Source: a phage
Strand: one strand, 5' to 3'
Sequence record: PX405663.1
DNA length: 45,326 bases
Position numbers and translations under genes: made by a program. The stretch's first letter is position 1, and each line of letters starts with the position of its first letter. Under the pieces are notes generated by a model. The model ran no database searches, had not been told where the DNA came from, and worked only from the letters and a program-made list of their open reading frames with translations. This document shows positions 16,359-25,496 of the stretch, one piece after another.

Positions 16359-17060
16359 ATGAAACTTACTAAAGCTGAATATGACGCGTTGCCGGAAGGT
16401 ATGAAAGCGCTTTTTGTTGCCGATGGTGACGGGTATAAATCAACGTTCATGACCGCCGAAGAAGTACAGGCGGAGATCAAGGGTCTGAAAGACAACAACG
16501 CGAAGCTGGTTAGCGAGAAGAAAGCAGAAGCCGAACGCCGCGCCGAAGCCGAGCGCCTTGCGAAAGAGAAAGAGGAAGCCGCAGCGCGCAAAAATGGCGA
16601 CCTCGAAGCGATCGACAAGTCCTGGAAAGATAAGTTTGCGAAACACGAAGCAGACACATCGGGAAAAATCGAAGCCTACCGCAAGCAGATCCACGACCTA
16701 ACCATCGGCAGCGCTGCCAAAGATTTGGCCTCGAAGCTGTTCGGTAAGAATGCGGGCATCATGCAACGCCACGTTATGGACCGTCTGACGCTGGAAGATG
16801 GCGAAGACGGCAGCTTGAAGGTGCGTGTCTTGCAGGATGGCAAACCGTCAGCGCTGACTATGGAAGAGCTTGAAAAAGAGTTCCGTAATAACGCCGATTT
16901 TGCATCCGTCCTGGCGGGCACGCCAGCCGGTGGTGCGCCGAGCAAACCGACGCAGGTCGTCGAAGATGTGAAGTCTAAAATCACTATGGGCCACAGCTTT
17001 GGCATCACCGACCTGACGAAACAGGCGGGTGAAATCATCGCTAAAATGGGCGACGAGTAA
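16359..17060 (+). CDS. scaffolding protein (candidate)
   Basis: Track ORF 16311..17060 trimmed to the ATG after AGGGGGA; Ala/Glu/Lys-rich coiled coil; directly upstream of the major capsid gene. Confidence 0.6.
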   Translation: MKLTKAEYDALPEGMKALFVADGDGYKSTFMTAEEVQAEIKGLKDNNAKLVSEKKAEAERRAEAERLAKEKEEAAARKNGDLEAIDKSWKDKFAKHEADTSGKIEAYRKQIHDLTIGSAAKDLASKLFGKNAGIMQRHVMDRLTLEDGEDGSLKVRVLQDGKPSALTMEELEKEFRNNADFASVLAGTPAGGAPSKPTQVVEDVKSKITMGHSFGITDLTKQAGEIIAKMGDE

Positions 17061-17156
17061 GCAAATGCCCGCGAAAGCGGGCAATTTTGCGAGCGCGTAA
17101 ATCTAGGGTAACATTAACGGTACTGGGCGAATGCTCACAACTCAAAGGATTCCGAT

Positions 17157-18257
17157 ATGTCTTTAACAGTGTTCCAGCGTAAACTCGTCACCGCGGTTAC
17201 GCAAATGATCCCTGATAACCTGAACGTGTTCAACGCTGCCGCTAACGGTGCTGTTGTTCTCGGTACGGGTGAAGTGCTGAAGGACGTTGTAGAAAAAATG
17301 TCCGTAGGCTTGATCGCCAACCTCGTTACCGACCGTAACGCCTATGCCCCTGTCGGTACTCCGGCGACCGCAAAAGTGCTGGCGCGTATGCTGACCAACT
17401 CCGTCAACCTGTCCGCGAAAGTGGGTCCGGTAGCAATCACTAAGGCTATGATGGCTAAAATCGAAACCAACGTTAACAGCGTTGCGGCTGAGATTGCGGC
17501 ACAGGCTACTCAAGCGATTATGCTGCATTACCTGAAGGCTGGCATCGGCGCAAGTAAAGCGGCGATCGAAAGCAACGCAGCGGCAAAATACACCCAACCG
17601 GCGCGCGTTGACGGCGTTGGCGGTCGCACCTTCCCGACCCTGGCAGACTTCCCGCTGGCGGCTTCTAAGTTCGGCGATCAGGCGTCTTTGATTAAGTCCT
17701 GGTTTATGGACGGCGTTACCTGGGCAAACTTCATTGCGTACCAGGCACTCCCTTCCGCGGAACAGGTATTCGCAATTGGCGATCTCCAGGTAATGGGTGA
17801 TGGCCTGGGCCGTCGCTTCATTATCTCCGATGCCGCTGCCGATGCTATGGGCGCGGGTAACATGTTGGGTCTGGTCCCTGGCGCGGTTGCAGTTACCACC
17901 AACGGCCTTGATATGCTGGCGCAGGAGAAAGGCGGTAACGAGAACATCGAACGCTGGTGGCAGGGCGAGTTCGACTTCAACGTGGCGGTTAAAGGCTATC
18001 GTCTGAAGGCGTCCGCACGTACTCCGGTCGAAGGTGTTCGCTCGTTCAAACTGTCCGACATCACCACTTCCGCTAACTGGGAACTGGATCAGGGCCAAGT
18101 AGACAACGCACCGGCAACCGTTCAGGATGTTGGCGCTGTTGGTGACGGCGATACTAAAGGCCGTCGTAAGACCCAGGCCGCGCAGGAAGTGCCGACCCGT
18201 CACATCAAAGAAACGGCAGGCGTACTGGTTACGCTTACCCCGACCAAAGCGTCCTGA
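17157..18257 (+). CDS. major capsid protein
   Basis: 366-aa ORF after scaffold, AAGGA SD, followed by a strong terminator. Confidence 0.75.
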   Translation: MSLTVFQRKLVTAVTQMIPDNLNVFNAAANGAVVLGTGEVLKDVVEKMSVGLIANLVTDRNAYAPVGTPATAKVLARMLTNSVNLSAKVGPVAITKAMMAKIETNVNSVAAEIAAQATQAIMLHYLKAGIGASKAAIESNAAAKYTQPARVDGVGGRTFPTLADFPLAASKFGDQASLIKSWFMDGVTWANFIAYQALPSAEQVFAIGDLQVMGDGLGRRFIISDAAADAMGAGNMLGLVPGAVAVTTNGLDMLAQEKGGNENIERWWQGEFDFNVAVKGYRLKASARTPVEGVRSFKLSDITTSANWELDQGQVDNAPATVQDVGAVGDGDTKGRRKTQAAQEVPTRHIKETAGVLVTLTPTKAS

Positions 18258-18275
18258 TCTACGCACATCCCAAAT

Positions 18276-18301
18276 GGGCGGGCATAAGCCCGCCTTTTTT
18301 A
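18276..18301 (+). terminator. rho-independent terminator after the capsid gene
   Basis: GGGCGGGCATAAGCCCGCC followed by T6. Confidence 0.6.
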
Positions 18302-18315
18302 TAGGAGTGAATCTA

Positions 18316-18816
18316 ATGTATGGCGACCCGCAAACATTTGTTGTTTATGCCGCGGCGCGAGGCGTTGAAATTACGCAGAGCGACGCAACGCGACACCTTA
18401 CCATTGTTAATGACTTCCTTAACGGCATCGACTGGATCGGCGAACAAGCGGACCCGACCGGAATTGACGCATGGCCCCGCGTCAACTACCCGTCAGACGG
18501 TAAGCCGGTGCAAAACACGCTTACTGAAGATTTGACAGTAGTTCCGGCGGGGCAGATTGTAGACTTCGCATCAATCCCTGTTGCCGTTGAGCAAGCAGTT
18601 TACCGGCTGGCAATGTTGGTGGCGGACGATGTTGATATTTCTCCGGTCAGCGATGGAAAGGAGACTATCCGTGAAACGGTAGGCCCGATCACGATGGAGT
18701 ATGACGCCGCGACGATTGGTAGCGGTGTGTCTTTCCCGTGGTGGGATGGCTTGCTGGGCTACTGGGTGAATGTAGACGGCAACGCAGCGGGTAATTTTGA
18801 CGTATTCCGGGGGTGA
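18316..18816 (+). CDS. head completion / head-tail connector protein (candidate)
   Basis: Track ORF 18127..18816 trimmed to the ATG after AGGAGTG; position between capsid and neck genes. Confidence 0.5.
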   Translation: MYGDPQTFVVYAAARGVEITQSDATRHLTIVNDFLNGIDWIGEQADPTGIDAWPRVNYPSDGKPVQNTLTEDLTVVPAGQIVDFASIPVAVEQAVYRLAMLVADDVDISPVSDGKETIRETVGPITMEYDAATIGSGVSFPWWDGLLGYWVNVDGNAAGNFDVFRG

Positions 18817-18920
18817 TATGAATCCTGCATTACTGGCGGCTATTATCGCCGCAAATACTAAACGCCAACCGGAACAGGAACCAGCGCCAGAACCGGAACC
18901 ACCGGTACAGGAGGATGAAA

Positions 18921-19274
18921 ATGGCGGGCTTTAATTACACGGGATTAAAGCGGAAAGTCAATCCGCTGATTAAAAAGTTCGGCATGACCGTTACGGTTAC
19001 GCGTCCTGGGTCGGTTGACCGCGTAGACGGCGACGAAGTGGTCATCCCTGCGACCTCGTTTGACGTCATCGGGCTTCGCGAGGAGTACAAGCCGAGCGAG
19101 ATCGACGGTACGCGTATCGTTGCCGGGGATGTGAAGTTTTTATGCCGGGCCGTCAAGGAAGTAAAGGTCGGAGATTTGGTTAGCCTGAACAATACAGACT
19201 ACCGGGTTATCAACCCCAACCCCCTGCAACCGGCGGGCATTACCATGCTGTTTCAATTACAGCTAAGGGGCTAA
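18921..19274 (+). CDS. head-tail joining protein (lambda FII-like position and size)
   Basis: Track ORF 18915..19274; second ATG is 7 nt after CAGGAGG; 117 aa. Confidence 0.5.
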   Translation: MAGFNYTGLKRKVNPLIKKFGMTVTVTRPGSVDRVDGDEVVIPATSFDVIGLREEYKPSEIDGTRIVAGDVKFLCRAVKEVKVGDLVSLNNTDYRVINPNPLQPAGITMLFQLQLRG

Positions 19275-19275
19275 C

Positions 19276-19869
19276 GTGGCTGAGGTCTACTCATTCGCTG
19301 CCACCATTGCAACATGGGTGGATAAGACGAAGGAGAACAACGATAAGGCGGTGCGGGCGTACGGTATGCAAATACTCGGACGCCTTATTGAGATCTCCCC
19401 GGTGGGCGACCCTCGCCGGTGGAAGATTAACAAGGCTTATGCGATGGCCCGCCAGCACGCGAACAAGGTGAACGCCGCACAGCGCCGCAAGAATGGCGGC
19501 AAACTGAAGCGCGGGCAGAAGAAGCACGCCAGTGTGCTCATCTCATTTAAAACTAAAAACGGCAACGTCACGTTCCGCCAACGTGGCTGGGCTGCGAAGA
19601 ATTACACCGGCGGACGCTTCCGGGGAAACTGGCAGGTTACGTTCGACCGCCCGGCTGTTGGCGCTATTGACCGCGTGGATAAGGCCGGAACGGCAACATT
19701 AGCCGCTGGGCGTGAAGTGTTGGCGCACTATGATTCGAGTGAATACGGATCGATCTGGTTTACTAACAACGTGCCATACGCGCAGAGACTTGAGTATGGC
19801 TGGAGTAAACAAGCGCCCGCGGGGATTGTTCGCGTCGTAGCGGCAGAAATTAATTCGAAGGTGAAATAA
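19276..19869 (+). CDS. tail completion protein (lambda Z-like position)
   Basis: 197-aa ORF with GTG start per track; synteny. Confidence 0.5.
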   Translation: MAEVYSFAATIATWVDKTKENNDKAVRAYGMQILGRLIEISPVGDPRRWKINKAYAMARQHANKVNAAQRRKNGGKLKRGQKKHASVLISFKTKNGNVTFRQRGWAAKNYTGGRFRGNWQVTFDRPAVGAIDRVDKAGTATLAAGREVLAHYDSSEYGSIWFTNNVPYAQRLEYGWSKQAPAGIVRVVAAEINSKVK

Positions 19870-20291
19870 TGAGCAATACCGTAATCCGCAAAGCGCTTAA
19901 CAGCGTGGTAGAAGAGTTATCGGCGAGCATGAGCACAAGCCCGAGTCCGATCAAGGTTAACTGGGAGAACGTGCAAGGGGACCACGCAAACGGGAGTGGT
20001 ATCTACCTGGAGCCGTACCTGCTACCTGCCCCGACCCAGTTTGTTGGCCTACAGCAAAAGGGGAGAATCTATGCAGGCGTATATCAGGTTGCCGTGGTGT
20101 TCCCTGCGGGCACGGGCACACAGTACGCGAGCGAACTGGCGGACGCCATCGCTACGTCGGATAAGTGGCTGACGGTAAAGATTTCCGGCGCTGCATTCCA
20201 GCTTCAGGACGCGCCATACACCAGTTCAGTGGTTGAGGACGTTGATCGCGCCCGCATCGTAGTTACCGTCCCCTACACCTGTTGCGTCTGA
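19869..20291 (+). CDS. tail terminator protein (lambda U-like position)
   Basis: 140-aa ORF, ATGA overlap with upstream gene; synteny. Confidence 0.5.
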   Translation: MSNTVIRKALNSVVEELSASMSTSPSPIKVNWENVQGDHANGSGIYLEPYLLPAPTQFVGLQQKGRIYAGVYQVAVVFPAGTGTQYASELADAIATSDKWLTVKISGAAFQLQDAPYTSSVVEDVDRARIVVTVPYTCCV

Positions 20292-20352
20292 TTTGGCGCT
20301 ATTCTGCGCGTGCTGTATCATTGAACCGTATATCTAAACAGGAGCGTTCATT

Positions 20353-21078
20353 ATGGGTTATCAACTTCCTAACGGGTCCAGCGTCCAGATTGGGTCCGTA
20401 CTGGGCAACGGCATCGCTGTTACGGCAGCTACCAACGCCGCCGCGTCGATCTCTGATCTTACGAAAGGTTGCGTTATCACCTGCGCGGCTTCTCATGGCC
20501 TGAAAGTTGGTGACGTGGTTATGTTCACTAAGACCCCGTGGGTCCGTGCGCTGAACCGCGCGTTCATCGTGGGCAAAGTGGCGACTAACGACGTTACACT
20601 GGCGCGCTTCGATACTCAAGACGTCACCAAATACCCTACCGGCGCTTTCAGCACAGGCACACCGGGTGAGGTGGTGAAGGTGTCGAGCTTTGTCGACTTC
20701 CCGTATATCACTAACGTTGCCGTGTCGGGTGGCGACCAGCAGACAACCACTTTCCAGCCGTTGCAGGTGAATACTGCGATCAGTCTGAATACCACGAAAA
20801 ACCCGTTGGTCCAGACCTACACTTTCACCCACGACGAAGAAGACCCGATCCGCCCGATTCTGGAAGACCTGGACGACACACAGAAAACCACTGTGATTAA
20901 GTTCACTAACCCGGCAGCGGCGAGCGGCAAAGGTGAGATCCGCATTTACCCGGCTAAGGTGTCTTTCCAGAAGATTCCATCGGCTGAAGTAAACAACGTG
21001 GAGACAGTGGAGGCCACGCTGACCATGCAGTCCGATATGGTTATTTACCGTAAGGACTTGGTCGAGGCGCTGTCTTGA
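20353..21078 (+). CDS. major tail protein (lambda V-like position)
   Basis: 241-aa ORF, GGAG SD, directly upstream of the chaperone and tape measure genes. Confidence 0.6.
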   Translation: MGYQLPNGSSVQIGSVLGNGIAVTAATNAAASISDLTKGCVITCAASHGLKVGDVVMFTKTPWVRALNRAFIVGKVATNDVTLARFDTQDVTKYPTGAFSTGTPGEVVKVSSFVDFPYITNVAVSGGDQQTTTFQPLQVNTAISLNTTKNPLVQTYTFTHDEEDPIRPILEDLDDTQKTTVIKFTNPAAASGKGEIRIYPAKVSFQKIPSAEVNNVETVEATLTMQSDMVIYRKDLVEALS

Positions 21079-21146
21079 TTTGGTCGCTTAAATAGCGGGT
21101 GATAATATGGGGCCAGCACGGCCCCTTTTTATTGGAGAATACTACA

Positions 21147-21509
21147 ATGGCTAAAGCACCACTCTTTACACTTGACCCTAAGCCTACCTTTAAGCTGCCG
21201 ATTGAGATCCCGCGCCCTGGTGAGAACGAACCGGGCAAAATGACGTTTACCGTGCGCCACCGTCCGATCGACGAGTTTTCGCAGACCATGCAGGATACTG
21301 AGCGCAAGTTGTCGGAATATGACGACAATGATCCTGACGGCTTTAACGTTATGGTCGAGGCCATCATGCACGTCGCAGAAGGCTGGAATCTGCCGGACGA
21401 ATTTAACGCGGAGAACGTCCGCCGCCTGGTGGTCAACTATCCGCGCGCGTTCGGCGTGTTCCACACTTCGTACTATCTCGAACTGATGGGATTGCGTGAA
21501 AAAAACTAA
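21147..21509 (+). CDS. tail assembly chaperone (lambda G-like)
   Basis: Track ORF 21099..21509 trimmed to the ATG after GGAGA; ends in slippery A_AAA_AAC. Confidence 0.6.
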   Translation: MAKAPLFTLDPKPTFKLPIEIPRPGENEPGKMTFTVRHRPIDEFSQTMQDTERKLSEYDDNDPDGFNVMVEAIMHVAEGWNLPDEFNAENVRRLVVNYPRAFGVFHTSYYLELMGLREKN

Positions 21510-21823
21510 TTGAGGCGGCGCGACGCTTTTATGGCCCGCCGCCACCCTCCGAAGATTTAGCCGCGAGTTTATGGGGGGCGACCCCTGAAGACGTTTGCCC
21601 CCCGATTGCACTATGGCCCGACAATGCGAAGGTAGTCGCAGTCTTCACAGATTGCTCCACGCAATGGCGCACCGGATTCGGTGGCGCATACGGCATCGAC
21701 TACGGTGTACTGGAATGGCTATTTAAGATGCACGGCATCGAAAACGCGCAACGTGCGTTTAAAGATATCAAGCTAATGGAACGCGTTGCGCTTGATGAAA
21801 TGGCGCGGCAGAACCCCACATAG
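21147..21823 (+). CDS. tail assembly chaperone frameshift product (lambda GT-like) via programmed -1 ribosomal frameshift at A_AAA_AAC (21500..21506)
   Basis: The -1 frame from 21506 is open for 105 codons to TAG at 21821..21823 (hand translated: LIEAARRFYGPPPPSEDLAAS...MARQNPT); position just upstream of the tape measure gene matches the conserved G/GT arrangement. Confidence 0.5.
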
Positions 21824-22160
21824 TTAAGCGGGACAGGCGGGACGTCCCGTTCTGTCCCGTTCCGTCCCGCCTCCTGCAAAACTGCATACTTACGCACCAC
21901 ATTTGCATAAACTAAAAGCGGGACAGGGGTGCTGTCCCGATCCGTCCCACCCCAAAAATGTGAATGTCTATTCAGTTTTAGTGCATAAAACAAACGGGAC
22001 AAAAAGCGGGACAGAATTGGGCGGGACAAAGCGGGACAGCACCCCTGTCCCCGCCAGTGCTGCCGCGGGTTTTAGCCAATCAGGACAGGCGGGACAAAGC
22101 CCAGTCTTTCAGACTAGACGGGGGTCGATGGCCCCCCTCGTCTGAGACTGAATAAGGTTT
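21824..22160. repeat. noncoding array 2: more than 15 GGGACA-core repeats in both orientations plus the conserved 51-bp hairpin (22101..22150), inserted between the tail chaperone and tape measure genes
   Basis: GCGGGACAG, GCGGGACG, CGTCCCG, CTGTCCCG and others; the palindrome GGGACAGCACCCCTGTCCC is shared with array 1. Confidence 0.8.
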
Positions 22161-22218
22161 GTTTTAAATTCGCTGATACAATGACCGACGGCAACTGCAT
22201 AAAAAGGGGGACTGCATA

Positions 22219-24861
22219 ATGGCAGATCAGGCAGCGGGCATCACGCTCAAGGCGGACGTCGCGCAAATTAAAACGGCTAATACTGTGCTGGACACATTTG
22301 CGCAGAAATCCGAGAACACAGAACAGAAAGTAAAAAAATTAAACGACACCCTCGGCAAGTCGAAAAAGGTTACTGGCGACGCCGCGGGCGGAATGGAAAA
22401 GTTAGCGACTGAATCGCAGCGCGCCGCCGACGGCATGACGAAACAGGAGCGACTCGCCAGCCGATTAGGCATGTCGACCAAAAACCTGGGATTTGCTTCA
22501 CGGAACGCGGCATTCCAGTTACAAGATATTGCGGTAACGCTTGAGATGGGTATGCCGGTGCACCGCGTCATGCTTCAGCAGTTACCACAGCTAACCGGCG
22601 CATTCGGCGGATTAGGTAACACGCTGCGTTATGTTGCGGGCTTCCTCGGCCCAGTAGGGATCGGACTTGCGGCAGTAACGGCGACGTTAGGCGTGGGCGT
22701 GGCAATCACGTCACGGGCAGAGAACCAGGTAGCCGCGCTTAATAAGACGCTGGCGCTGTCCGGTAATATCTCCGGCCTCACAGCTAACCAGATCCTGGTG
22801 CTGTCCGAGAACGCTGAGCGCATGGGCGGGTCATTTCGCAAGACGCGTGACACAATCCAGGCGCTGGCGGCGGCGGGTGTGAAAGCGGGTGGTGACTTCG
22901 GCGCATTGGCTAAGGTAGTTAATGACTTTGCGAAGGTGTCCAGCCAGCCGATCGAGGATGTGGTAGCGGCGGTGGCGAAGCTGTCAACCGACCCCGTTGG
23001 CGGACTGCGTGCGCTGGCGGATAAGTATCACGTCGTAAACGAAGCGCAGATCCAGCAGGTACAGTCGCTTGTTGATGCGGGTCGTGAGACAGACGCAGTT
23101 GCGTTGGCTAATAAAACAGCCGCTGCGTCGTTCACTAGCATGACCAATGAGATCAAGACGAACATGGGAACGCTTGAGCGGTCTATGAACGTCGTCACAT
23201 CGGCAGCGAAATCTATGTGGGACGCCATCCTGGATGTAGGCCGCGCGCAGTCCTCCAATGAATCCGAGATGAAAGCGCGCGAATCACTGCAGCGGCTGAC
23301 CACTGCTTACTATGCCGAGATGAAAGCGGTAAACGCTGCCGGTGGGGTAATGACTGAAGCGCAGAAAGCACGTATTAACATGCTTTACAGCGAACTGGTC
23401 GCCCAGGAAAAAGTGGTGGCATCGCTCACCCTGCGTAACCGTGCTGAGCGAGACAACGCCCGCGCCGCAGACGAATCCGCAAAGGCGAACGAGGAGGCCA
23501 ACCGCACTGCCCGTGACCGCGCCGCGTTCGAGAAGGAATACGCCACCAACGCTAAGAAACGCGCCGACGAGATCGCCCGTCTCAATTTGCTGAATAAGCG
23601 CGGCGTTATCGACGAGAAAGAGCTTGCCGAGGCGGTGAAGCAGGTAAACGAGCGGTACAAAGACCCAGCCCCGAAGAAGGCCGCCGCTGTTCGCGTGGAT
23701 GCCGGTATGAAAATGCTGGAAGTCGCACGGAGCGAACTGGCCCAGCTTCGAGAATCCGGCAAGCAGATCGAAGCCAACGCATCGACGCAGACCCGCACGC
23801 AACGCGCTCAAGCGGCCTTAAACAAGCTGATCGCGGATAATGAGCAGTTAATCGCCGCAAGCAAAGAAAGGGCGCTAACGGCAGCAGAAAAGCAGCAGAT
23901 GGTCGAATTCGGACGCGTGAAGGAAGTGCGCGAGCAGATCGTCGAAGAAGCCAAATTGCTGGACGCGAAAGAGAAGCAGGTTAAGGCGCACGCGCAGATC
24001 GATGCCTTCGTTAAGAACCAGAACGCCGAACTAAAAGCCACCGCCGCGGGGTATGCGCTTTCCACTCGCGAAGCGGCAAACCTGCGCGAAGAATTGCAGC
24101 TAATTGACCGCCTGAAGCGGGTTGGCGCTAACGATACCGATATTGACAAGGCGGTGTCTAAGCTGCGAGAAGTGCAGGAAGCACAGACCGGCGCTAACGC
24201 CTCGTTATGGGATGGATTCAGTCGCGGGCTTAAAGATAGCGTGGATGAAATGGGTAACGGATATACGCAGATGGCGTCGCTCACGAAATTCACATTCAGC
24301 GCTATGCAAGACACGATGAACGAGTTTTTCGAGACTGGCAAGCTGAACGCAAAGGATATGGTTAAATCCATCCTGAGCGAACTAATCAAGCTGGCTACCT
24401 CGCAGGCGTTCAAGTCCATCGTTAGCGCTTTCGGTGGCGACGGCGGCAAAAACGGATTGTTCGGCGCTATATTCTCTGGCCTCACTAAGAATGCGGACGG
24501 CGGAGCGTACGCAGGAGGCAATCTCGCGGCCTATTCGGGGAAAGTCGTAAGCCAGCCTACCTTTTTCAGTTATGGCGTCCAGGCGTTCGCTAAGGGCGCT
24601 GGGTTGATGGGTGAGGCTGGACCCGAGGCCATCATGCCACTGAAGCGCGGGCCGGACGGGAAACTGGGCGTTGCCGCGTCTGGCGCAGGCGGTGGTATGG
24701 TCGTGACGACTAACGTTTACACGGGGACCGGTAAAACGGATACCAGTGTCAGCGGGCCGGACCCCCGTACTGCGCAAGCGTTCGGCAAGCAAATCACCGA
24801 GGCGGTGAAGGCCGAGATCGTGAAGGCTACGAAACCGGGTGGTGTACTTTACAAACGATGA
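22219..24861 (+). CDS. tail tape measure protein
   Basis: 880-aa Ala/Gln/Lys-rich coiled-coil ORF; synteny. Confidence 0.85.
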   Translation: MADQAAGITLKADVAQIKTANTVLDTFAQKSENTEQKVKKLNDTLGKSKKVTGDAAGGMEKLATESQRAADGMTKQERLASRLGMSTKNLGFASRNAAFQLQDIAVTLEMGMPVHRVMLQQLPQLTGAFGGLGNTLRYVAGFLGPVGIGLAAVTATLGVGVAITSRAENQVAALNKTLALSGNISGLTANQILVLSENAERMGGSFRKTRDTIQALAAAGVKAGGDFGALAKVVNDFAKVSSQPIEDVVAAVAKLSTDPVGGLRALADKYHVVNEAQIQQVQSLVDAGRETDAVALANKTAAASFTSMTNEIKTNMGTLERSMNVVTSAAKSMWDAILDVGRAQSSNESEMKARESLQRLTTAYYAEMKAVNAAGGVMTEAQKARINMLYSELVAQEKVVASLTLRNRAERDNARAADESAKANEEANRTARDRAAFEKEYATNAKKRADEIARLNLLNKRGVIDEKELAEAVKQVNERYKDPAPKKAAAVRVDAGMKMLEVARSELAQLRESGKQIEANASTQTRTQRAQAALNKLIADNEQLIAASKERALTAAEKQQMVEFGRVKEVREQIVEEAKLLDAKEKQVKAHAQIDAFVKNQNAELKATAAGYALSTREAANLREELQLIDRLKRVGANDTDIDKAVSKLREVQEAQTGANASLWDGFSRGLKDSVDEMGNGYTQMASLTKFTFSAMQDTMNEFFETGKLNAKDMVKSILSELIKLATSQAFKSIVSAFGGDGGKNGLFGAIFSGLTKNADGGAYAGGNLAAYSGKVVSQPTFFSYGVQAFAKGAGLMGEAGPEAIMPLKRGPDGKLGVAASGAGGGMVVTTNVYTGTGKTDTSVSGPDPRTAQAFGKQITEAVKAEIVKATKPGGVLYKR

Positions 24862-24896
24862 TAAAATGGCCCTCACTACAACGTGGGGGCTTTTTT

Positions 24897-25496
24897 ATGT
24901 CACAAGGTACAATCACACTAACGAACGGAAGTAAGACCGTCACGGGCGCGGGGACGGCGTTCCTGAGCGAGATTGGGAAGGTCCGCGTATTTGCCCGCAT
25001 CGACGGCAACGACTACACCGGAAAAATTGCGGCATTCAACTCTAACACCGTAATCACCCTGGCGGATAACTGGGCAGGCCCGACAAAAGTCGGTGCAGCT
25101 TATGAGCTAATCGAAGCGCACGACCCGCGATCAAACGAATGGCCCTATTACTGGCACATGCAATTGCAGGGCGGTGGCGACGTGCAGTTAGCTTTCCGGT
25201 CGGAGGAATTGCAATTCGGTAATGGCTACGGACAGAACATCGCGGACGGCCCGAACGCCGAAACGAAACAGTTCCCCGTGCAATTCGTCGGGCTGACTAC
25301 TGACAAATGGTGTAACCCCAAACTGGTTTACAACTTCCTTCGCGGGCACTTCGTAAAACCGTTTGTCGTCACCGCGCCGGATGGCGAAACAGGTTTATTC
25401 GTGGTCGAGCGTTCGAGCTTGTCGTACACGGACAACGGGCACAACACGGCAACCGTATCCGCCACCCTTAAGACTGCTATTGGATTCGTAAGATGA
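24897..25496 (+). CDS. minor tail protein (lambda M position); alternative start 24858 overlapping the tape measure stop
   Basis: Track ORF 24858..25496; N-terminus MSQGTITLTNGSKTVTGAGTAF resembles the tail fibre N-terminus MAAGTLSVTNNSKAVVGVGTTF. Confidence 0.6.
   Translation: MSQGTITLTNGSKTVTGAGTAFLSEIGKVRVFARIDGNDYTGKIAAFNSNTVITLADNWAGPTKVGAAYELIEAHDPRSNEWPYYWHMQLQGGGDVQLAFRSEELQFGNGYGQNIADGPNAETKQFPVQFVGLTTDKWCNPKLVYNFLRGHFVKPFVVTAPDGETGLFVVERSSLSYTDNGHNTATVSATLKTAIGFVR

Noticed and set aside
17163-18266. 367-aa minus-strand ORF antisense to the major capsid gene, and similar long antisense ORFs inside the tape measure, J and tail fibre genes
   Set aside because: Cys/Arg-rich composition typical of antisense frames in high-GC coding DNA; no SD; the sense-strand genes are strongly supported by synteny.
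18818-18934. 38-aa Pro/Glu-rich ORF between the connector and the FII-like gene
   Set aside because: Too short and low-complexity to support; it overlaps the more likely start region of the next gene.
21700-22145. Track ORFs 21700..22029 (-) and 21903..22145 (+) inside array 2
   Set aside because: Same reasoning: repeat-derived, no translation signals, and the first overlaps the GT frameshift extension on the opposite strand.
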